Assembly: GCA_040901675.1 (NCBI GenBank)
Contig: JBBDYJ010000011.1
Span: 32,001 to 96,000, forward strand
Length of the DNA: 64,000 nucleotides
DNA from: Pirellulales bacterium
GTDB taxonomy: Bacteria > Planctomycetota > Planctomycetia > Pirellulales > JAICIG01
Direction of reading: 5' to 3'
Below, piece after piece: positions 49,062 through 57,519 of the stretch. The notes beneath the pieces are model-generated. The model did no database searches. It saw only the letters and a program-made list of their open reading frames with translations, and had not been told where the DNA came from. The position numbers and the translations under genes were made by a program. Each line of letters begins with the position of its first letter. Position 1 is the first letter of the stretch.

Positions 49062-50990
49062 ATGCCGCGAGAACGTGGCCTCGACCGCAGAAGCTGGCTT
49101 CAAATCTTGCAGGGCATTGTGCTGGCCGTGGCAGCCCTGTACTTCGGCAAGCAGGTGCTGTTGCCGCTGGCCATGGCCGTGCTGTTGGCCTTTCTGTTGG
49201 CGCCGGTCGTGAATTGGTTCGAACGGCGGCGCTTTGGCCGCGTGCCGTCGGTGGTCGTGGTGATGGCCGGCATCGTCTCCATCCTGGGCGTGATCGGCTG
49301 GACGGTTGGCAGCCAACTGGTCGATCTGGCCGAAAACCTGCCGACTTACGAGCAGAATCTGAAGAGCAAAATTGCTTCCTTGCGCGGCTCGGACAACGGT
49401 GTCCTCAAGAACCTCGAGCAAACCGTCAGCGAGGTCAGCAAGGAAATCGAAAAGAAGGGCGATAAGAACGACTCTCCAGCGGCCGAAGCCGGCGAGAACG
49501 GCAGCCGTCGGCTCAGTGCCGCCCAGCGCTCCCGGGCGGCTGCCGGAGGCCCCCTGCAGCCGCTGAGCCGCCCTTCGCCCGATGGCGGCCCGGTGGAAGA
49601 GCTCGAAGAAGCCCAGCTTGTGCGGGTCGTGCCCGAAGATGCTTCGTCCTGGGACGTCCTCAAGGCGACGCTGACCTCGGCGGCCGCGCCGGCGGCCTCG
49701 GTTGGCGTGGTGTTCGTCCTGGTCGTATTCATGCTGATTACCCGCGAGGAACTACGAAACCGCCTGGTCCGCCTGGCCGGCACCGGCCGCATCACGTTGA
49801 CCACCAAGACTCTGGATGAGGTGCAGCGCCGCATCAGCCGCTATCTGCTGATGAACGCTCTGGTCAACGGCGGCTTTGGAGCGGCCGTCGGCGTCGGGCT
49901 GTTGCTGATGGGGGTCGACTACGCGCTGCTATGGGGCTTTCTAGCCGCGGTCCTGCGGTTCCTACCCTACGTCGGTCCGATCCTGGCATCGATACTGCCG
50001 ATCGGCATGGCTTTCATTCAGACTCCTTTCTGGGGAATGATGCTGATGGTGATCGGCCTGTTCATTGTCCTCGAGCTGGTGACCAACAACCTGATCGAGC
50101 CCTTAGCCTACGGCCGCAGCGCCGGCGTTTCGACCGTGGCGGTGCTGGTGGCGGCCACCTTTTGGACCTGGATCTGGGGCCCCGTGGGGCTGATGTTGTC
50201 CGTGCCGATGACCGTCGTCCTGGCAGTGCTCGGCAAGCACGTGCCGCAACTCGAGCCGCTGGGAGTGCTGCTGGGCGACGAGCCGGCGCTGGCTACCGAC
50301 GTGAACTTCTACCAGCGTTTGCTGGCCGGCGACCAGGAGGAAGCTTACGCCATCCTGGAAGAGCAACTCAAGCAGCGTCCGCTGGTCGAGGTGTACGACC
50401 GGGTGATCATCCCGGCGCTGACGCTGGCCGAACGCGACCGCCAGGAAGGCGAGCTCGACGAGCACGAGGACTTCATCTGGGAAACAACCCGCGAATTGCT
50501 GGAAGAGATGCCGCCGGCCATGCCGGCCGCAGAATCGGCCGAACCGGCCCAGGCCGATCTCGAGCGGACGTTGGTCGTGGGGTGCGCGGCCCAGGATGCG
50601 GCCGACGAGTTGGCGCTGACCATGTTGAAAAAACTGCTGGCACCGCAGGGCTGCCGCCTGGATATCGTGCCCCGGGTCGTCCTCGTCAGTGAAATGCTGG
50701 AGCTGTTCGCCGCCCGGATGCCGGACCTGGTTTGCATCTCGGCGTTAGGTCCCGGCGGCGTCGGGCAGATGCGCTACCTGACCAAGCGAATCCGCCTGCA
50801 GTTCCCGGATTTGAAAATCCTCGTCGGCCGGTGGGGGTATAGCGGCGATGCCCAGCGGATGGCGGCCAGCATCAAGTCGCGCGGGGCCAGCCAGGTCGTA
50901 ACGACGATGGCCGAGGCCTTGGAACAGATCCGTTGCGGCACCAACGTTGGTGGCCAGGAACTAGCTGACCGGGAGACTCATCGTGGCTGA
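49062..50990 (+). CDS. AI-2E family transporter with a C-terminal B12-binding-like Rossmann domain
   Basis: PLAMAVLLAFLLAP, LRFLPYVGP, NLIEP, WGPVGL.LSVP and FYQRLLAGD. Confidence 0.9.
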   Translation: MPRERGLDRRSWLQILQGIVLAVAALYFGKQVLLPLAMAVLLAFLLAPVVNWFERRRFGRVPSVVVVMAGIVSILGVIGWTVGSQLVDLAENLPTYEQNLKSKIASLRGSDNGVLKNLEQTVSEVSKEIEKKGDKNDSPAAEAGENGSRRLSAAQRSRAAAGGPLQPLSRPSPDGGPVEELEEAQLVRVVPEDASSWDVLKATLTSAAAPAASVGVVFVLVVFMLITREELRNRLVRLAGTGRITLTTKTLDEVQRRISRYLLMNALVNGGFGAAVGVGLLLMGVDYALLWGFLAAVLRFLPYVGPILASILPIGMAFIQTPFWGMMLMVIGLFIVLELVTNNLIEPLAYGRSAGVSTVAVLVAATFWTWIWGPVGLMLSVPMTVVLAVLGKHVPQLEPLGVLLGDEPALATDVNFYQRLLAGDQEEAYAILEEQLKQRPLVEVYDRVIIPALTLAERDRQEGELDEHEDFIWETTRELLEEMPPAMPAAESAEPAQADLERTLVVGCAAQDAADELALTMLKKLLAPQGCRLDIVPRVVLVSEMLELFAARMPDLVCISALGPGGVGQMRYLTKRIRLQFPDLKILVGRWGYSGDAQRMAASIKSRGASQVVTTMAEALEQIRCGTNVGGQELADRETHRG

Positions 50991-51804
50991 ACTATTTACC
51001 CTCGAAAACGCGGTTGCCTTGTTGACGTTGACCAGCCTGGAGGTCGTGCTGGGCATCGACAACATCGTGTTCATCTCGATCCTGGCGTCCCGGTTGCCCG
51101 CGAATCAGCAGGCCATGGGCCGGCGCACCGGCTTGCTCCTGGCGATGCTGATGCGGATCGCCTTGCTGTTCGCCATCGCCTGGGTAATCGGGCTGACGCG
51201 CGAGCTGTTCAGCCTTCCCCGCTTCTGGACGGCGGAAAGCGGCGATCGCCACGTAATCACCGGCCGCGACCTGATCCTGCTTTTCGGCGGCCTGTTCCTG
51301 ATCGGCAAGGCCACCTACGAAATCCACGACAAGCTGGAAGGGGAGGCGGGGCACGATGCCGGCCAGGGCCGTGCCTCGTTGCCGTCGGTGCTCATCCAGA
51401 TCATCCTCCTGGATCTGGTGTTTTCGCTCGACTCGGTGATTACGGCCGTCGGCATGGTGCAGACCCGCGTCGACGCGCCCTGGATCGGTTTCACGATCAT
51501 GATCACCGCGGTCGTAATCTCGATCGCCGTGATGCTGGTCTTCGCCGAGCGGATTGCCGGCTTTGTCGAACGGCACCCGACGATGAAGATCCTGGCCTTG
51601 TCGTTTCTGATCCTGATTGGAGTGATGCTGGTCGCGGAAAGCTTTCACGCTCACATTCCCAAGGGATACATCTACTTTGCCATGGCCTTTTCGCTGGTCG
51701 TCGAGCTGTTGAACATGCGCTTGCGCAGGGTTTCCGCCCCAGTCAAGCTGCACCAGAGCTACGTGAAGGAGTCCGGAGTCCACGTGGCAGACTCCGGAGT
51801 GTGA
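50983..51804 (+). CDS. TerC family membrane protein
   Basis: LEVVLGIDN, DLVFSLDSVITAVG and PKGYIYFAMAFS. Confidence 0.92.
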   Translation: MAELFTLENAVALLTLTSLEVVLGIDNIVFISILASRLPANQQAMGRRTGLLLAMLMRIALLFAIAWVIGLTRELFSLPRFWTAESGDRHVITGRDLILLFGGLFLIGKATYEIHDKLEGEAGHDAGQGRASLPSVLIQIILLDLVFSLDSVITAVGMVQTRVDAPWIGFTIMITAVVISIAVMLVFAERIAGFVERHPTMKILALSFLILIGVMLVAESFHAHIPKGYIYFAMAFSLVVELLNMRLRRVSAPVKLHQSYVKESGVHVADSGV

Positions 51805-52065
51805 CGGCGCCCCTTGCCGTTCTCACCCCTTTTTGCCGCTCATCCCATCCCTCCGATACACTCTCGGCGGATCTGCCTCCTTCTGCTTTTCCTCCCTGCA
51901 CCCCCCACGCCCGACTGCTCACCCGCGCCCCACACACCGCACAAGTGCGCCATTGCGCGCTCTCCGCAAAGGCCGAAAAACGCGCGCCGGCCTGATCGGA
52001 CCCAAGAAGGGCCGTCGATAAATATCCGCACGCGGCCGTCCCTCCACTTAATCAGGAGTTCAGCG

Positions 52066-52803
52066 ATGAAAACACGACTTGCCTTCGCGGCCGTCGCCTT
52101 GGCCGGCGGAATCTGGTCGGCCGCGGGCAGCCAGGCCCAGGCCTTTCACATCCTCGAGCGGTTGCGCGGTCACCGGATGGGTTGCGGCGGTTATGACGTG
52201 GGATGCGGCGGTCACCACCTCGGCTTTGCCGGCGGCTGTGGGCTCTTCAGCCACGGCCGGCTGGGATGCCTCCGAGGCCGCCTGTCAGGGTGCCATGGTT
52301 TCGGCCTGCGCAACATTTTCGCCCTGGGACACGGATGCCGGTTCGGCGCAGGCTGCGGCGGCGCCACCGGGTGCGATGGCTGCTCCGCTGGATCATACGT
52401 GACCGGCGTTTATGGCCCGCCGGGCTACAACGAAGGACCGACGGCCGTGGAAGGCCAGCGAATTCGAGCCTCAGCCTCGATCTACCGGGAGGTCGCCTTC
52501 CAGCACGACGCCTCCTCCATGCAACAGGGCTTGCACGCATTCTGGGCCGGCGACCTGGCTCAGGCCGAGCAAGCCTTTACCGCCGCCACCGCGTCGGACG
52601 CGAGCAATCCGATGGCGCTTTACTTCCTGGCCCTGATCCAGCATCAGATGGGTGATGTCGAGGCGGCGGAGCCGACCCTGGGCCGCGCCGTCGAGCTGGA
52701 ACGCCGAGCGCCCGTGCTCGACTGGGGCCGGCGAATGGAGCGCGTCCAAGGTCAACACCGGCTGTGGCTGGAAGAAGCCCGCCGCGCCGAGCTCAAACGC
52801 TAG
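52066..52803 (+). CDS. Secreted Gly/Cys/His-rich protein with a C-terminal TPR
   Basis: Signal peptide ending AQA, GCGG-type repeats, TPR-like ALYFLAL and ERVQG..R.WLE; AGGAG ribosome-binding site. Confidence 0.7.
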   Translation: MKTRLAFAAVALAGGIWSAAGSQAQAFHILERLRGHRMGCGGYDVGCGGHHLGFAGGCGLFSHGRLGCLRGRLSGCHGFGLRNIFALGHGCRFGAGCGGATGCDGCSAGSYVTGVYGPPGYNEGPTAVEGQRIRASASIYREVAFQHDASSMQQGLHAFWAGDLAQAEQAFTAATASDASNPMALYFLALIQHQMGDVEAAEPTLGRAVELERRAPVLDWGRRMERVQGQHRLWLEEARRAELKR

Positions 52804-52829
52804 ACGTCTCGCTGAATAGCAACCGGAGG

Positions 52830-52861
52830 CCCTCGAACATCTGCCGAGAGATGTTCGAGGG
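52830..52861 (+). terminator. 13-bp hairpin after the TPR gene, possible terminator
   Basis: CCCTCGAACATCT-GCCGAG-AGATGTTCGAGGG with a weak U tract. Confidence 0.5.
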
Positions 52862-52872
52862 TCTTGCCTTTG

Positions 52873-52930
52873 AGGGTGGTCCACTCGCTCCGCGAGTGGT
52901 GTAGGGTGGTCCACTCGCTCCGCGAGTGGT
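52873..52930 (+). repeat. Tandem pair of REP family B (30-bp period)
   Basis: AGGGTGGTCCACTCGCTCCGCGAGTGGT occurs twice; GTAG at 52901. Confidence 0.88.
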
Positions 52931-53053
52931 TTTCAAGGGCTTGCCTCTTGAGGCGGAAGGAGAAACAAGAAACCCAGCCGGACAAACGCGTTGTCTGGCC
53001 GCCGCGCAGTGCCTAGACTGGCTGTAGCCAACCACGCAATCCGAGGTCGAACG

Positions 53054-53305
53054 ATGAGCGAAGATGAGCTGGTAACCGTCTACACGCTTCAGGACGCGGG
53101 ACAGGCCGAGGTCATCCGGATCGCCCTGGAAAACGAAGGCATCTCCTGCACGGTGGGCGGCAACCGGGCCGGCCTGGCCGGCATTCTCGAAATCGACATC
53201 GTGGTCCGGGCAACCGACGCAGTCCGCGCTCGACAACTGATCGAAGCCCACGAGATCTCCGAGAAACCGGACCGCGATACCCCCGACGAGGACTTTACCG
53301 AGTGA
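53054..53305 (+). CDS. DUF2007 family small protein
   Basis: LVTVY.....AEVIR.ALE.EGI....V...DA.RA..LI. Confidence 0.75.
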   Translation: MSEDELVTVYTLQDAGQAEVIRIALENEGISCTVGGNRAGLAGILEIDIVVRATDAVRARQLIEAHEISEKPDRDTPDEDFTE

Positions 53306-54273
53306 CGATCAACCGCCCTCTCTCCCGACGCGATGCAATCCATGCAGCCGGCTTTGCGCTCACCGCGGCACTGGCCGCCGGCAATCGCCCGCTTGCGGCG
53401 GCCCAGACCGATCCCGCCGCCGGCCGCGGCGACACGCAACCCTTCGGCTACTGCCTGAACACCAGCACCATCCGCGGCCAGGAGTTGGGGCTGGTCCAGG
53501 AGATCGAGATCGCCGCCCAGGCCGGCTACCAGGCGGTCGAGCCGTGGATCGGCGAGATCGACCGCTATGTCCAGGAGGGAGGCTCGCTCAAGGATCTGGC
53601 GGCCCGAATCAGCGACCTGGGCCTGACGGTGGCCGGCGCCATCGGCTTTGCGGAGTGGATTGTCGACGACGATGCCCGCCGGGCCAAGGGGCTGGAAGAA
53701 GCCCGCCGTTCCATGGACCTGGTGGCCCAGCTTGGCGGCACGCGGATCGCCGCCCCGCCGGCCGGCGCCACCGACCAGGCGGGACTGGATCTGTTCCGGG
53801 CCGCCGAGCGTTATCGGGCCTTGCTCGAAGTGGGCGAGTCGTTGGGCGTCCTGCCTCAGATCGAAGTCTGGGGCTTTTCAAAATGTCTCAGCCGCTTGGG
53901 CGAGACGGTCTTTGTGGCGGTCGAGAGCGGCCATCCGCGCGCCGGCCTGCTGTTGGACGTGTACCACATCTACAAGGGCGGCTCGGAATTCGGCGGCATT
54001 AAGCTCTTGGCCGGTAGTGCGATGCACGTGTTCCACGTGAACGACTATCCTGCCCAGCCGCCGCGTGCTGAGATCGGCGACGCTCAGCGCGTGTATCCGG
54101 GCGACGGCGTGGCCCCGCTCGGCATGCTTTTTCGCACCTTGCGCGACGGCGGCTTTCGCGGCTTTCTATCGCTCGAGCTGTTCAATCGCGACTATTGGCG
54201 GCAGGATGCCCTGCTCGTCGCCCGCACCGGTCTGGAAAAGACCCGCGCCGCCGTCCAAAACGCGCTCGCGTAG
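53302..54273 (+). CDS. Tat-exported sugar phosphate isomerase/epimerase (xylose-isomerase-like TIM barrel)
   Basis: LSRRDA, LNTSTI, DVYH, HVND, PGDG and SLELF. Confidence 0.9.
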   Translation: MTINRPLSRRDAIHAAGFALTAALAAGNRPLAAAQTDPAAGRGDTQPFGYCLNTSTIRGQELGLVQEIEIAAQAGYQAVEPWIGEIDRYVQEGGSLKDLAARISDLGLTVAGAIGFAEWIVDDDARRAKGLEEARRSMDLVAQLGGTRIAAPPAGATDQAGLDLFRAAERYRALLEVGESLGVLPQIEVWGFSKCLSRLGETVFVAVESGHPRAGLLLDVYHIYKGGSEFGGIKLLAGSAMHVFHVNDYPAQPPRAEIGDAQRVYPGDGVAPLGMLFRTLRDGGFRGFLSLELFNRDYWRQDALLVARTGLEKTRAAVQNALA

Positions 54274-54349
54274 CAGGTTCCGTCGCACCACTCGCCCGTA
54301 GCAGGACTCGCCTGAGTTCTGGTTGTAGCAGAACTCGCCAGAGTGCTGG
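54270..54349 (+). repeat. Three tandem GTAGCAG REP family D units (54270, 54298, 54325)
   Basis: GTAGCAGG.., GTAGCAGGACTCGCCTGAGTTCT and GTAGCAGAACTCGCCAGAGTGCT; the first overlaps a TAG stop. Confidence 0.75.
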
Positions 54350-54359
54350 CGGCGACCAT

Positions 54360-55091
54360 TCACGGCAGCTCACGGATCCGCAGGTTGCGGAACTCGACAG
54401 GCGAACCTTCCGACTCCAGGCAGATATAACCGCTGCGCGGCTCGCAGCCGGTGCCGCCCGACACCTCTTCGCCATTGACCCACAGCCGGACCTCGCCGTT
54501 GATGCACCGCGCGTAATAATGGTTCCACTCGCCGGCCCCCTTGGTGAGCTCTTTCGATGGAAAGCTCCGGCTGCCGTCGGGCGACGCCGGCGCAAACGGC
54601 GTCATCCGCGAGCTGCCCACCGGAAAAACGTCGCCGTGCGTCGTGAACCAGTCGGCCTGCTTGCCCGTCCGCTCTTCAAACTGCTCCTTGTAACCCGGAT
54701 CGAGCACTTGCATCTCGATTCCGTGGGGCAGTTGGCCTGGCTCGAGGCCGTCCAGCGATTCCTCGGGTGTCCACACAAAAACACCCGAATTGCCCGCCGG
54801 CCGCAAATGCCGCCACTGGACGACCAGTTCGAAGTTGGTGAGCTCATTCTTCGAACGGATGACTCCCACCGGCTGCCCGGTGCAGTGTGCAACACCCTCC
54901 TTCCAGGTCCAGGTGTCGGGATCGCAATTCACGTTGATAAAGTCGGCCTCGCCCAGCTCCCGCCAGCCGGGTCCGCTGCCGTCGACATAGGCCTTGGGCA
55001 GCGCCTTCTGCTCGTCCGCACCAACCGCTTGAGCAAACAACAGCAGCCACCCGAATCCGGCTGCAACGCGAATGTCTCTCGATGTCTTCAT
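54360..55091 (-). CDS. DUF1080 (3-keto-disaccharide hydrolase-like) protein
   Basis: Signal peptide, GNSGVF, IEMQVLD, EWNHY and GYICLESEG..VEFRNLRI. Confidence 0.9.
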   Translation of the reverse strand: MKTSRDIRVAAGFGWLLLFAQAVGADEQKALPKAYVDGSGPGWRELGEADFINVNCDPDTWTWKEGVAHCTGQPVGVIRSKNELTNFELVVQWRHLRPAGNSGVFVWTPEESLDGLEPGQLPHGIEMQVLDPGYKEQFEERTGKQADWFTTHGDVFPVGSSRMTPFAPASPDGSRSFPSKELTKGAGEWNHYYARCINGEVRLWVNGEEVSGGTGCEPRSGYICLESEGSPVEFRNLRIRELP

Positions 55092-55342
55092 TTTCTCAGC
55101 TCACCGATTGTCAGATCGACAGGTCCCAGGCCGCACCAAACGGTCCTCAACAAAGCATGCACTCCTCGACCTGTGCCAAGGGGGGCTTGAACCGATCCAT
55201 GTTACTTCACCGCGGGCCGCCGAACCACCAGCCGGCGTTTCAGGCTCCAGCGCCTCATTCCCAGCCGTGCCTCGTGGGCGCCGGCCAGCCGCCCGGCGTC
55301 TGCCCCGGCCGCGGCGGCGCCTGATCCGGCTCCAGCCGCGCC

Positions 55343-55582
55343 TCAAGGCGTATCGGGGTCGGCCGGCTCGTCGGAGGCCGGCCCCTCCTCAGCAGGCCGC
55401 GGCCGATCATCAATCTCTCCGGTCACCAACAACTCCGTCGGCAGCATGAAAGTGCTGGCCGATTCCGTGTCCTGAACCATCCAATAGCCCGGGCTGAGGT
55501 GCGACGAGCAAATGATCTCCACCGACCTGGGTTTGCCGTCGTGCCATACCGTTCGAATCTGTCCTTTCTTGACTTCCTCCAT
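55343..55582 (-). CDS. Small hypothetical protein
   Basis: MEEVKKGQIRTVW... with an acidic tail; plausible but weakly supported. Confidence 0.45.
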   Translation of the reverse strand: MEEVKKGQIRTVWHDGKPRSVEIICSSHLSPGYWMVQDTESASTFMLPTELLVTGEIDDRPRPAEEGPASDEPADPDTP

Positions 55583-55843
55583 GGCAATCGCTCGCAAATG
55601 GGGACTGGGGACGCTAAAGTCACAACTCCGCCAAGTGAACAGTCGAGATTGGGCCAAAAAACCTGACATACATTCCGGGAATTTTCCAAAAATAAATTCT
55701 TCCCGCCACAACCCATCTTTCCTATTCCACCCAAACCACATCGACAAACACCAATCAACTGAATAGCCTGGTGCAAACGGCCGTCCGTCCGCGCGTCCGA
55801 AGTGACTGCCACGTAAATGTTTGCGCCTCGCAGGTCCCCCCTT

Positions 55844-57082
55844 ATGCCTCTTGGTTTGCTGCGATTTGGTCTGAGCAAGCAGTATGAGGAGCCGCGGATG
55901 TTCCGCGACGACTGCCCATTGCGCGACGACTACGACGTGGTCATCGTCGGGGCCGGGGGCCACGGGCTGGCCGCCGCCTATTACCTGGCGCGCGATTACG
56001 AGACCATGCGGATTGCCGTCCTGGAGAAGGGATACGTCGGGGGCGGCAACACGGGACGCAACACCGCCATCGTGAGGGCAAATTATTTAACACCAGAAGG
56101 AGTAAGGTTTTACGACGAAAGTCTGCGGCTCTTCCGCCAGCTCTCTCAAGAGCTCGATTACAACCTCTTCTACTCTGAGCGAGGCCACTTCACGCTGGCC
56201 CACACCGAAGCCACGCTACGGACCATGCACTGGCGGGCCGAGGTCAACAAGCACCTCGGCGTCCACAGCGAGGTCATTGGCCCGGCCCGAATCACCCGCC
56301 TCTGTCCCTACATCAACCTGCGGTGCGGGCACACGCCCGTCGTTGGCGCGCTGTATCATCCGCCGGGCGCTATCGTCCGCCACGACGCTGTCGCCTGGGC
56401 CTACGCCCGTGAGGCCGACCGCCGGGGGGTCGAGATCCACCAACGGACCGAAGTCACCTCGATTGACGTCCGCCAGGGCCGCGTCGTGGGAGTGGCCACC
56501 AACCGGGGATACATCCACACGCGCCGCCTCCTGTCGGCGGTGGCCGGCTACACGCCCCGCATCACCAGCATGGTCGGCCTGCGGACCCCGCTGGTGATCC
56601 AGCCGCTGCAGGCCTGCGTGACCGAGCCGCTGAAACCGTGGCTGGACCACGTGGTGGTCTCGGCCAACCTGCATCTGTACGTCAGCCAGTCGTCGCGCGG
56701 CGAGCTGGTGATGGGCGCATCGCTCGATCCCTACGAGCTGCACTCCGAGCGCTCGACCCTCGACTTCGTCGAAGGCCTGGCCGATCACCTCCTTGACTTG
56801 TTCCCGTTCCTGTCGACGGTCAAGGTCAACCGCCAGTGGGCCGGCATGTCGGACATGACTCCCGATTTCTCGCCCATCATGGGCAAGACGCCGGTCGAGG
56901 GTTTTTATCTCGATGCCGGCTGGGGAACCTGGGGCTTCAAGGCCACCCCCGTTTGCGGCACCACCATGGCCTACACGCTGGCGCACGATCAAGAGCCGGA
57001 GTTGATACGTCCCTTCAGGCTGTCGCGCTTCGAGCAATACGAGTTGGTCGGCGAAAAAGGCGCCGCATCCGTCGGACACTAG
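55844..57082 (+). CDS. soxB: Sarcosine oxidase beta-like subunit, probably N-methylglutamate dehydrogenase MgdA
   Basis: IVGAGGHGLA.AYYLA, GGNTGRNT, HDAVAW.YA, GWGTWGFKATP and EKGAASVGH. Confidence 0.9.
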   Translation: MPLGLLRFGLSKQYEEPRMFRDDCPLRDDYDVVIVGAGGHGLAAAYYLARDYETMRIAVLEKGYVGGGNTGRNTAIVRANYLTPEGVRFYDESLRLFRQLSQELDYNLFYSERGHFTLAHTEATLRTMHWRAEVNKHLGVHSEVIGPARITRLCPYINLRCGHTPVVGALYHPPGAIVRHDAVAWAYAREADRRGVEIHQRTEVTSIDVRQGRVVGVATNRGYIHTRRLLSAVAGYTPRITSMVGLRTPLVIQPLQACVTEPLKPWLDHVVVSANLHLYVSQSSRGELVMGASLDPYELHSERSTLDFVEGLADHLLDLFPFLSTVKVNRQWAGMSDMTPDFSPIMGKTPVEGFYLDAGWGTWGFKATPVCGTTMAYTLAHDQEPELIRPFRLSRFEQYELVGEKGAASVGH

Positions 57083-57111
57083 CTCGCCAGGGGTTTGCGG
57101 ATTCAGTTCTA

Positions 57112-57220
57112 GGAACGGCCGAAAAACAAATTCGACAGAGTCGAGCGAGCTGGGTGGCTGGGGCAAAGCCATAAGCGTGCCCCAGTTGCGATGTGAGGAA
57201 AGTTGTTTTTCGGCCGATCC
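57112..57220. mobile_element. 109-bp MITE with 21-bp terminal inverted repeats and an internal family-A hairpin
   Basis: Left end GGAACGGCCGAAAAACAAATT versus reverse-complemented right end GGATCGGCCGAAAAACAACTT (19/21); flanks CTA and TTA. Confidence 0.8.
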
Positions 57221-57255
57221 TTAGCGACTTCAGTTACGAAAACAACGAGGATGAA

Positions 57256-57519
57256 TTGAAACTGCTCAAGTGCCCGGTCAACGGTTGGCGGCCGCTCGAC
57301 GAGTTCCTGTTCGGAGGCGAGCTGCGCGCGATGCCCGATCCCGGCCAGGCCACCGACGCCCAGTGGGCCGACTATGTCTTCAACCGCTCCGGCGAACCGG
57401 GCATCCGCCGGGAGTGGTGGTATCACCTGGCCAGCGGGACCTGGTTCGTCGCGGAGCACGACACGCTCAACGACAACTTCTTGCGGACCTACCTGTACCA
57501 CGCTGGAGCAGCCGAGTGA
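57256..57519 (+). CDS. soxD: Sarcosine oxidase delta-like subunit (MgdB)
   Basis: CPVNG.R...EF..GGE, W.DYVF.R and EWWYH; TTG start after GAGGA. Confidence 0.9.
   Translation: MKLLKCPVNGWRPLDEFLFGGELRAMPDPGQATDAQWADYVFNRSGEPGIRREWWYHLASGTWFVAEHDTLNDNFLRTYLYHAGAAE

Noticed and set aside
51772..51798. 9-bp hairpin TCCGGAGTC/GACTCCGGA at the end of terC
   Set aside because: Single occurrence within the CDS with no U tract; may be chance.
52873..52930. Possible mini-CRISPR (also 54270-54349 and 1108-1155)
   Set aside because: Units abut with no unique spacers, no cas genes are present, and the structure matches GTAG-REPs.
55590..55843. Sigma54 promoter or NtrC site upstream of the methylamine operon
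   Set aside because: The region is AT-rich and probably regulatory, but I found no convincing GG-N10-GC consensus and only a GGTGCA half-site.
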